Origin: Trypanosoma brucei
Lineage: Eukaryota
DNA length: 64,000 bases
Assembly: GCA_000002445.1 (NCBI GenBank)
Contig: AE017150.2
Coordinates: 64,001-128,000, forward strand
Direction of reading: 5' to 3'
Made by a program: the position numbers and the translations under genes. Shown piece by piece: positions 39,501-50,230 of this stretch (positions are counted from its first letter, which is position 1; every line of letters begins with the position of its first letter). The notes under the pieces are model-generated. The model was not told the DNA's origin, ran no database searches, and was given only the letters and a program-made list of their open reading frames with translations.

Positions 39501-41560
39501 CTCAGTATGTGTGTATGTCTGTGTATCTGTGTGTGTAGAAATGATGAAATGTAATTGTAACAAATCAGGCACAACACAAACAAAAAATATGAATTATATT
39601 ATTCTCTAAAAAGTAGAAGAATAAAAATCAAGAAATATTACGCAACTTTTCTCACAAGTAATTTTGTTTCTGTATATATATATATACATAACACGACAGC
39701 TGACAACATTAAACTCTCAATTCCATAATATCTGACACCTGAAGTGATAATTAGCAGCGGATGCCTCTATCAAAAAACAACAGAAATAACAACATCAAAG
39801 CATGTTTTGAAAGCTTAAATAAACTTCCTCATGGATAAACCATTTGTACAAAGTTTGAGTGCCAAGTAGGAGGAACAAAGAAAAATAAAAAAAGAAGAAT
39901 TAAATGGTAAAAGAATTGCGTGTGATATAACTAAAGGATTTGTTAGGCACTACACTCATTTAACTCCAGTTTCATAAAAATACTGCAAGGCATAATATTT
40001 ACTGCTTTACCGGTTATGTGCCTCCAGCAAGCAATAATAAATACTTCGAGTATTATTCAATTTCTGATGCTATGAAGTGTGTAATAAATTAGTGCGGGAG
40101 TAAAATATTCAAATGTTGGTGTTCAATTCAGATTATAAACTCTGCACTATGAATGTCTCTCGATGTTTATAATTTGAGAGAGCAAAAGTGACGGCGCTAC
40201 TATTTATTTCTTCCAGTTCATGAATACATACACATATATAAATATATTTATACATATATAATCAGATGTGACACGCAAAAGCGTTTAAACATCAGGCATG
40301 AACATCTTTCCATCCATTTAAAGTAAGACTATACAATAAGGTAAGTTTAGGATGAAGTGAAGGTATCATAATGTTAATATCTTCCTTCAAGCGGAGGATT
40401 CAATTCAAATAGGCGTACTTCACAAACAATAGTAAAATAACTGAGAAAACTTATATCACTTAATCGTTATTTCCTTCAATTCTTATTTTGAATCGCTCTG
40501 TACCGTCACACCTTCAATAAAGTATATAGTGACACATTTCACACATCCTCCCTAAGCCATCTCTCATAGTCATTAGCTCTCAACAGCAATAATAACAAAT
40601 AATGAATAGTTTAGTTCTTACCTTCCCTTTTTTACTACCGACAAGAAAGATATACGAAATAATTATCATACTGAATAAACAGTAGGCGTTCCTCATTATC
40701 CTACACAAAATATGAATTGAAACGATAATTTAGTAACGAAGCGGAAGTGTCTGAAAGCGTCTTTAACTCATCTCCTGTGCGGGGCGAAGAGGGTTGTGTT
40801 GTGTGGACTTTCTAAAAATTTCACTCCCTTGCAGACAGCTGCGTAAATAAACGGGGAGTACAGGTGTGTTTATAAAAAGATAACCGTACAAAATAATACT
40901 CTGCACTCCTAAGTCCAAAACAACCATTCGTAATGCAGGCTTTCAAAATACACGACATCATCTCAACAAATTGTAATTTTTTTTTGTATAATGTCCTCCA
41001 GAAGACGGAACAACAGATGACACAGTTAAATAACACATGACAAACAAGGAATATAACCGCACATCCTCAGCAGTAAATGTTTCAGTTTCTCCTTTAAAAA
41101 AAAAAAAAAAGAAAAATAAAACAGTTTCACACGTGTGGTCCAAAAGCTGCATCAGCCAATACAATATCTTGACAGCTTGTCACGCAGTATTGCCTCAAGA
41201 AGAAAATAAAACATTCATCTCTGCTTTCCGTTAATTGATAAATGAGATCCCATGCTGTGTTAACTCCCGTCTCCATTCAAATAGTTGACTCAACGTTATG
41301 ACGAGGCAGTGACCAAAAACAATCCAAATGCAATTCTAAATTTCTTCATATTACGTTTTCAGTTTTATTACACATTTCCCCAACCATTCCGAGTACTAAC
41401 AGGAATAATTTGGTTCTATAATAATGCATGTGTTTTCTACAACCCTTTCATTTTGTTATGATCCGCACAAAAATTATATATGTGGTTGTTGATTCGTCCT
41501 GTCAATCAAAGTAATATAATAATTAATTTTCCCCTTTTCTTCATTTTTTCTATTAGCACA
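36587..41560. repeat. Full-length inter-RHS AT-rich spacer (type-C 5'-flank, upstream module, distal spacer module).
   Basis: Colinear with 5223-10100. Confidence 0.75.
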
Positions 41561-43890
41561 TGTGCACCTTGGTGAGATCACTTTCACTCATTTGCACTGA
41601 TTGGTCAACACTATTTAGTTCGTTATTCAACACACTCCCTTACATGTCCTCTTCTCACCATTTATAACCCACACGAGCAGCATCAAATATAAATTGTGAA
41701 GAGGTATGAGATCACAAGGAGCTCGCTCTCATTGAGAAGGTTGGATGCGTCATATATATATAATCATGTAATCCCTTTCCATTTCAACAATACGCAAACC
41801 TCAACTGCGGAATCGACTTTGAATGAGTTGACCTCGTCAGCATGAAACGGGGCCCGCCAAGTGGCATGAACATTAATCTTATCAGTAAACATGTGTTTGA
41901 GGTGTTGGTAATAAATGGGGTCAAATAAAACATAAGTGCGTATCATCTCCCCCGTTATGCCCGAGTGGAAAATATACATCATCTCCTTGAATATAATTGT
42001 ATCCATGTTGTATCAATTCCTCATTCAGCTCTTCATCCTTATCGGTACCCAAAGGCATTGCCATCGCCTAACTTTTCCGTGAATGCACTCACGCCTTTAA
42101 GCTAACGAGTTCCAGCAACTTTCCATCTGTCATACGGCTCGGGAATCCATGAGAATTTATGATCATATCTGTGCAAATGCCTTTACTCATTGAAGGGCAT
42201 GTTAACACACCATCAGTGATGAGATCCACTACTCCCTCCAGCCCGTGCCGTGAGGAAAACTTATTTCAGACCTCGGGACCGCGAACTTCTCTCGTAGCAA
42301 CTTTAACTTTATTGTTATACATTCATCGATATATCCGAGTCACTGGAAGGTGAGAGATGACCACATTTGGTTCACAACAGCAGGCTGAGGGTATTTATTA
42401 TATTCAAGAAAATTAGGTCTTGGTTTCATGGAAGGCACGGGAGTGTATTTGTTTACAAAAATATCAAACTGACAAACAGCCGCACCTTTACTACTGGCAA
42501 TACCATCACTACTAAAGGCATTGTGTCTCGCAACATTTCAATCTGTTGGAAGAATTATATCATACATACTCACCGTTGGGAAGTCTTTCCAGTTCCATCT
42601 CATGCTTACAAAAAACAACACGCCACCCATAGCCACAATTGAGCGAACTGCGGTTGTGTACACCTTTGAGTCTTCAATATTGTAACCTCTATAGCTCATA
42701 ATGCATACCATCGTATTAATTCCTGCGCCTAATATTTTGTAGTTGCTTAGGTTCATAGCCTTCGTCCAGCAAAGGGATCGTTGAGAGTAAGCACTCAACA
42801 TAAGTACTGTGCCCATTTCTAATGTACTGAATATACGCAATGGTTCCAACAGCTTGCTTGCCCATGGCTGACTGTAATGTGTTTCGTGCAAATTGATTGT
42901 GATGTGTAAAGGAGAATAATGCTAGCGGCAACTCCAAGTGAGTCTCGTGTACTGCTCAATGTCTCTATGGTGAACTGCTAAAAGACAGACATTCGCTTCG
43001 TCATATAAGTCAATGAATTCCACAACAAACCTTCAGCTAAAATATCGTTAATCGAGCACTTGCCTGAACTCAAGTTATCCAGGTGTTGAGAAATTACAGC
43101 GTGTTTCCCATCGCGAACAAAAACATACAACCTCACGATCCTTCTGCCAACACAAACAATTTGAACACTCTTCTGACGGTCATTTATCGCAATTGAAACG
43201 TAAGGATGCAAGCGGCCTGTGTTCCTCAGGGTTCGTAATACATCCCGACACAAACGGCTCATGTATCGATAAACGCACATCAGCACTTCATTGAGGAAAA
43301 CTGTGTAGTATTTAAGAAATTCGTTAAGGCTGATATAATCTATTTCCTCCACTCCAATATTGTACGCATCCGCATGTAAACAAATTATCCATGTCGAGTG
43401 TTACCTGACTAAGAATAGCAAAATTATTAACCAAACAGCAACAACTTTCACCCTCTGGGGTATCGCAAAGAGGGATATACACCATTCCCCATTGACTTGA
43501 ATAGAGACATAATGATCCGCACATGTGGGTCAATAGACGAGGCCATGGTCACTCCACTGCTGCCGTTACATATGATCACTGCATGATTTTCGTATCAATG
43601 TTGATGATGATGTGGGATTTGCTGCTGGAGGCAACCAACAACACAAGTTTAAGGTTCCCACGTGTGGAGAGAGGCCCAACTGCCAACCCTCAACCAGGAT
43701 AACAGAAGTGATTATAAGGAAAGAGAAGACAACATATCATAGCATGTTTGCACACCGACAAATAATTGAAGAAAGAAAGAGAGGGAGAGAGAGAGAGAGA
43801 GGAAAATGGACACAATCACGTCACCAGCTGCGTGTCTGCGAAGAACACCATCAAGAGCTACTCCATAACTCTAATCATAACTAACATGTA
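41560..43890 (-). pseudogene. RPB2-family C-terminal pseudogene fragment, copy 4.
   Basis: ORFs 41764..42006, 42538..42891, 42716..42937, 42978..43352 and 43324..43533 carry the same motif series. Confidence 0.6.
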
Positions 43891-44731
43891 TAATATAATT
43901 ATAACAGCTCGTATATAAAACAGCACATCCAGTAACTGCTTCTAATGTTTGCATATTTCACTCCGTCACAATCTCTCTCCCATGACACCTACTGGAAATA
44001 CAACTCAGAGGGGCTATATTTGAGGCATGTTTCCAATACGCTCTCTCCACCACGGATGGCAAAGAAGCAAAAAGTACTATTACATTTTTGTTCCTTTTAT
44101 CATTGGCCTATAGATCCCTATCTCTACACGGATGGAAAATTTAGACTGTATAAATGAAAAGAAGATGTGAAGAGTTAGTGTAGTATAATCCAATCCTATA
44201 GTTTGTAATAGCACAAATGAAAACAAAACGTCACAATGTTTTCTTACGTCCGTCGATAACATTATTTCTGTCTTTCTCTGTGCCCCTTAAGATTACGATG
44301 TGGCTTAACTCCAGTTACGCGGTAGCCGATAAAATACTACTTTTACTATTCCTTAGTCGTCTTCATTTCCACTTCCCTTCCCTCACCTCCGGCACTCAAG
44401 TGAATTACCACGTCCCTTTCCTGCACTAACCGCCGCATTCGACTGCTTGTTGAAAAGAATAAGATGATTACTACAGCCGCTATTTGCTGAATATTACTCC
44501 CTTGCAGCGCATCTTGTCATCCTAAGCATTAAGACAAAGCCACTTACCCTGTTTTGGCAGTTAGGACTGCTGGCCTCCCTATGATACGATAACTCAATTT
44601 TACATTAAATGAAAAAACGCCGACTAGCCCCACATTAGCACCGTACACTGTTGACTGCTTGCGTTCACCATAACATACCAGGCCGGATATTTTTACCCAG
44701 CTTCCACCACACCTAATGCTATGAAATCGTC

Positions 44732-47269
44732 TCACCCTCCTTGCGCTCCCGCTTGCTCGTTGCGTGGCTGCGGCGCAGGCTCCATGGCCAGAAGTGGAGC
44801 ATCCCGATACCAACATTCATCTCTATATGCTCGCATTAGCTGCCCCTGCATTTCTTCCCTTAACGTTACTTGGTATTGAGCCATGTTTCTCCACATATCT
44901 GCCGCTTCGGCGGGGTCGTCGCCATCACAAAGTTGCCTGATGGTTATCGTGCCACCGTTAACCGAATTAATGTATATCATCTCCCAAACCATGTCGCGGG
45001 AAAACGCACCCCAATCAGAAAAATATCTTGCCATGTTTTCTCGGAACTTCTGCACCTTATCCGTAGTGGTGGGGTGCCTGTCCGACTTGGTTACTTGTAA
45101 AAGCACAGCTATATTTGGAGTGGTCGGTGGCGCTGCTCCGTCAGGGGCTCTCCTGAGCCGCCCCTCAACGAAAAAAAAGCCATCCACCACGGGTTCATTG
45201 CCTGTGGCAGGGCGGTAGAGAACCATGTATTCACAATTATCAATTGGTCGCTGGTGGGCCGCAGGTAAGGCCTTCTGCCCAGTGAGTTTCAACTGCTGAG
45301 GAGCCATGTCGTTCAGTATGCTTCGACGGTCAGCTATTTCTCCGCCTCGTCGCAGGTATTTCAAGTTGTCTGCGATAACTTTAAAAACTCGAGGAAAAAG
45401 AAGCGAAAGCAACGCCCTTGATTCAAACACGTTGGCTGCGGCACTCTCGTCTGACATCGTAACTTGACGGATAGCCATTTTCTCCACATCAATGGCAAGC
45501 AGTTTGAAAAATATAGCATTCCCAATGCAAACCGAAAGTGGCCGGCAGCGGTATTCATCGACGCTCTCTCCGGCATCTCGCACACGGACGATTTTCACTA
45601 ACCTGTGCGTTACCTTATCATTTCGCCAATCGGCAATTTTCCCCATTATGTCCTCGTAGTGACTTTTGTTGTCACCATTGATGGACGTTATCATCTTTTT
45701 TGCCTGAGACACACGTTTTGTGTACCCCGCGCTGTTGTAAACGCAACGAGGCACTGGCCCAACCACATTAATACGGCTCTTTATTGTTTCCCACTCATTT
45801 TTAAGTTCTTCTACAATCCTCGCCTGAGCTTCTTCATCAAGTGCCGCATAGCCTGATGCTACAGACAGCTTAGTCCATGCCACAAATGCCTTCATGTCAC
45901 GCACATCATCACAGTTTATAATAATTCCTACGTCTCTCTTGTCTTTTGACCAGTGATGAAAATGGGCCTCATCCGGAGAAGTGAGGAGAGTTACACCCCA
46001 AGCGTGAACCGGCAGACCATCGGGTGGCGTCTGCGCATTCTTGCATATGTCAACAATGATGTGCCCTTTTTTTTTCTTGAATACTAACGCAGCTATGACC
46101 CTAACAGCAGCTTTCACGTCTTCATATTGCTCAACCTTCCCCCCTTCTCCGGGTTTCTTGTTATATATTAAATAGGCTATTTTACCCACGAAATATGCAA
46201 CAACATCAAGCATTCCATCATTGAAGTGAAGCAATGAATGAAGCAAAAATGATCCAACACCATATGATTTACCAATACCAGGTGTACCAATAACAATATG
46301 TCTCGGTGTTATCTCAGCTTTTTCCACCCACCTTCCTTGCAGCCCTCGTTGGATTATATACCACACGCGCATAATTTCACGACGGATATATACATGCTTA
46401 AAATTTTCCAAGCATATCTCAGCGTCATCCAATGCAAACCCGTTGTATGGCCAACCCTTCTCCGAAGTGAGAACAAAAATCTCCAAACCATCAGGCCTCT
46501 CCTCAATCTCTGCATCAACATTCGCAGGGTCAGGAGTTATATCCACCTCCGCTTCGGTCCATATGCACTGTGGTTTTCCATCAAACACTTTCATGCCAAG
46601 TGGCTCTTCATTATAACCCGACATTACATAACTCCATTTCGCATTATATATGGATTCATACACTCCTTCAAGTTCGACAGCACCACCAGCTGTTTGGGCA
46701 GCTCGCTTTTCCGCTCTCTTGGCGACCTCCAGTGCTCCATCCAACCTTCCCCTCGCCATGGGACCAACAAATTCTCTTATTTCCCCTCTTCCCTTCTCCT
46801 CCCACTGACTGAGGTAGTAAATTTCTTTTTCGTCAAGGTACCTTGCTTTCCGCTTCATTTCAGAGAATTGGTTATATAATTCTTTATATTCCTCAAACTG
46901 ATAAAGCCGCCGTATCCTTCCTAGAATCCCGGCATCCAAAATATAATCCTCCGGGCTCTGGACAAACACATCCATGGCCACATTCTCTGTGTCATACGTG
47001 TTAAAAAACTTTTTCAGCAAAAAGTCATGCAGTGTCATATCCCTCAAACCCTCATAGCGTTGCAGCAATACATCTTCAATAGAACTGTTCATTGTCCAAT
47101 TGGGCCCCTCTTCAGTTCTCTGCCGTATTTGTGGAGGCTGAGCAGCAGCAGCAGCAGGAGGCGGTACATTTTCATCCCGTGGCCTCCTCATGGCTGCTTC
47201 AATATTATCTGCCACTTGTTGATTTTCATTATTTCCTTGTGGAGCTGCGGGACTATTTGCTCTTGACAT
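44732..47269 (-). CDS. RHS: Retrotransposon hot spot (RHS) protein, type-C N-terminus. Intact.
   Basis: 845-aa ORF. P-loop 'IVIGTPGIGKSYGVGSFLLHSLLHF'. The C-terminal region matches the RHS blocks (VVDGFFFVEGR, HPTTTDKVQKF, VWEMIYINSV). Its unique 3' flank is at 44400-44731. Confidence 0.9.
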   Translation of the reverse strand: MSRANSPAAPQGNNENQQVADNIEAAMRRPRDENVPPPAAAAAQPPQIRQRTEEGPNWTMNSSIEDVLLQRYEGLRDMTLHDFLLKKFFNTYDTENVAMDVFVQSPEDYILDAGILGRIRRLYQFEEYKELYNQFSEMKRKARYLDEKEIYYLSQWEEKGRGEIREFVGPMARGRLDGALEVAKRAEKRAAQTAGGAVELEGVYESIYNAKWSYVMSGYNEEPLGMKVFDGKPQCIWTEAEVDITPDPANVDAEIEERPDGLEIFVLTSEKGWPYNGFALDDAEICLENFKHVYIRREIMRVWYIIQRGLQGRWVEKAEITPRHIVIGTPGIGKSYGVGSFLLHSLLHFNDGMLDVVAYFVGKIAYLIYNKKPGEGGKVEQYEDVKAAVRVIAALVFKKKKGHIIVDICKNAQTPPDGLPVHAWGVTLLTSPDEAHFHHWSKDKRDVGIIINCDDVRDMKAFVAWTKLSVASGYAALDEEAQARIVEELKNEWETIKSRINVVGPVPRCVYNSAGYTKRVSQAKKMITSINGDNKSHYEDIMGKIADWRNDKVTHRLVKIVRVRDAGESVDEYRCRPLSVCIGNAIFFKLLAIDVEKMAIRQVTMSDESAAANVFESRALLSLLFPRVFKVIADNLKYLRRGGEIADRRSILNDMAPQQLKLTGQKALPAAHQRPIDNCEYMVLYRPATGNEPVVDGFFFVEGRLRRAPDGAAPPTTPNIAVLLQVTKSDRHPTTTDKVQKFRENMARYFSDWGAFSRDMVWEMIYINSVNGGTITIRQLCDGDDPAEAADMWRNMAQYQVTLREEMQGQLMRAYRDECWYRDAPLLAMEPAPQPRNEQAGAQGG

Positions 47270-50230
47270 AACTCTCTTAATATTATTAACTTAACTTCCT
47301 TTCCTTTTCTTTTTTCTCTGAAATTATAAAAAACTGAAGTAAAATAATAGATAAGAAAACAATAGCGGGTGAACAGTGTAACATAATATCAAATGTAATA
47401 AAGCGCGTTAATGTTTATTCACTATAGTTTGTATAATATGATATCATAATGTATTTGGTATTGAGGGGAACAATTTCAAAATATAGCAGCTGTAAATAAA
47501 TATTTCCCTTGCTTCATTATCATGTGCTAAATATAATTAATTTCCTGTATCATTTCTTTCTAAACCATATATAATATGGAAACAAAAAATATTACTGCCT
47601 CATATACCTGCGTAAACACTTCGTATATATAATCAATATTTAAAGAGAGTCAAATTCTATTAATTAAAATCAAGTAAAACAATAAACAATAAAAATATAT
47701 GGATATTAATGAAACGAAGAAATAGAGTATCGGCACAACACATAGATATACACACACACGAATACGCACTACACTACACAACTGTTCCACTGGAGTTTCC
47801 TCACTTCTGTCAATACGTAACATTCACTTGCATTGAATAAACTCATTGAAAATATAAATCACTTATCCCCTCCCCCGTGTATTCACTTACTTCCAAAGGA
47901 GAATATTAAATAATGTCTGTAGGACAGGTAAAAAAAAACTGATAGTCTTTTTGCATCAGATAACCAGAGAGTATTTCTGTTTACTTTCATAATAAATAAA
48001 AACATTCTTTCACCTTCAGTTAAAATAAAATTTAATTACTTGCCTCCTCATTGTTCACAACTATCAACAACTAATTCAGCGACACAAATTCACATGTATC
48101 TGATGTGCCATCGTTGTTGAATCCATTCACACACCTTTTATGATGGTGATTATACAACATATGGAAAATAATTGGAATAAAATTAATACAATTAATTGAG
48201 GAAACCGTAAAAGATTATCATAACATATCTTTTATTTTCCCTCCTTTCATTTACACAGATTAAATATGTAATGAGACAATTCCCTTTCAGTACGTGTCCA
48301 CACTTATTGTATCATCATTGTAAGTTTCCTATTGCTCACATACACAAAGTTATTGGAATAACAAAAACACAAAACAACACATCTAAAGAACTTGAAAATG
48401 TATAACAAATAAAGGTAATAAAGAGAATAAGCGTGAACTGACAGATAATAAAATGAAACACGTCTCGCATTTTCCTTCTAAATATTCAATAGTTGGCGGA
48501 TTACAAAACAATTACACATTATAGAAAGGAAGGAATATAATTACATTATACACCTGCATGTGGATATGTAACAGTGAGTCATAGTAGAGATGAATTGCCT
48601 AAACACGATAGTTATGGAAGATAACATAATTCAAAATATCAAAAATATTATTCTATCAAAATTCCCTTCCTTCTCCATTAAGTTTTCAAATGGTTTCAAA
48701 TAATAATTCACATAATTCCATACATATGTTATGATGGGTATTGCATGCAGTACAATTTAAAGGAAGTGCAACTCATATAACATTTTCAAAAATAGGTATT
48801 GAATAGTTGTTTGCTACCATCAATTACATTTCCAACGCCTGATTACACTTTTATATGCATGAAGGAAGTTACTGATGATAACTTTGACATGCTCGAGAAT
48901 CCATAACACAAAGCAGCAGCTGCATGCAATAAAAAATATAAATATAAATAACATCCGAATTTATTTACTGACAGATGAGTGCAATCCATTCATTCAAACT
49001 TCATAGCTGCAAATATAAACTCGCTGCTGCCAATAGGAAATAATCCCGCATAAATATTGAGTATCTGAAAATGATAGCAACGGGTTTCCATTATTGAAAT
49101 ATATACATAAACTACATGAGGTATATGAAGCCATATTGGTAAAGTGTCACTACGCATGTTGCAATTTACTATCAAAAGTGTCTGCCTTATTTTATTTCTT
49201 GTGTTACTGTAACTCATGAGTATCATTCATTATTCTTTACAATACAACTGTAAGTCATTTTGCATTTTTACATATTTCCTTATTCCCTCATACTGGAAGT
49301 ATTCCACATATGAGATTCCTCAATATCGTTCACAAAATAAAAATAATTTCATTTCCTTCTGCATTCAGTTTCTCGTGTAGCAGTGTGTACACTAATCATC
49401 CATAAAGTTTTTAATTTGCCAAATACATCATTAAGAAACTATTTTCATACACACACATACACAAACAAACAAATCATTGGGACAATATCTTTGAGGAATT
49501 TCCTTCACTATATTTGCAGTTCAGTAGTAATTAAAATACACTTTTCTGTATAATTCAACACATGGTGGAATTGCAAAGAAATGTGATGGTACTTATAATC
49601 CATAAGTTCCCAATTTTCCTCATACGGTCTCTTTTCATGCCTTTACATCCTTATATAATTCACAGAGAATTACTGCAATTTCTTTCATATGCTTTCAGGA
49701 TTCCATATGTCACAATACAAATTATATATATATATATATATATATCCTCTTACATAAGTTGCACATAATATTGCTTAACATATAAATTATCACAAACCTA
49801 TGACTTTACACTCCTCCTAAGAATAAGAATCAAATTATTTCTATTTTGCATCATTACATGAAGCTTTGGAAAAGGAAAAAAAAAGAATCAAACAAAAGGT
49901 AATGTAAAGAAAATAGTTTTTTAATACAGAATATAACTTGTTTGTGAATTTCAGATGCAAACACAAAATGTTCAAACAGTAAAACAGTAAAGGACGTTAC
50001 TGGTGATGTAAGCACAAATTAATCAAAAATAGAAACATAAATAAAATTGAAACTTATAAAAACACAAATATATATGACACAAATATTTACCACATATTAT
50101 AATTCGCCACCCTCACACTTGAATTACAAAGAGTACATAACACACATATGTGGTAAAACTAATACAACTCGAATATACATATGTGCCACCTTCTTAACAT
50201 AATCATTCTAATATTTACTCAGTGTGTGTG
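47270..50230. repeat. Terminal copy of the inter-RHS spacer (type-C 5'-flank, upstream module and start of the distal spacer module). It is truncated at the edge of the array.
   Basis: Colinear with 36587-39540. Homology stops at about 50230, where 'tatttactcagtgtgtgtgtgtgtag|tgatgatgatatgtaatcgacagtcc' has the break marked '|'. Confidence 0.7.

Noticed and set aside
1-50230. The ~10 kb periodic repeats could be mistaken for a prokaryotic repeat array or CRISPR-like structure.
   Set aside because: Repeat units are kilobases long and contain eukaryotic protein-coding genes. There are no short direct repeats with unique spacers. Composition and gene content are kinetoplastid.
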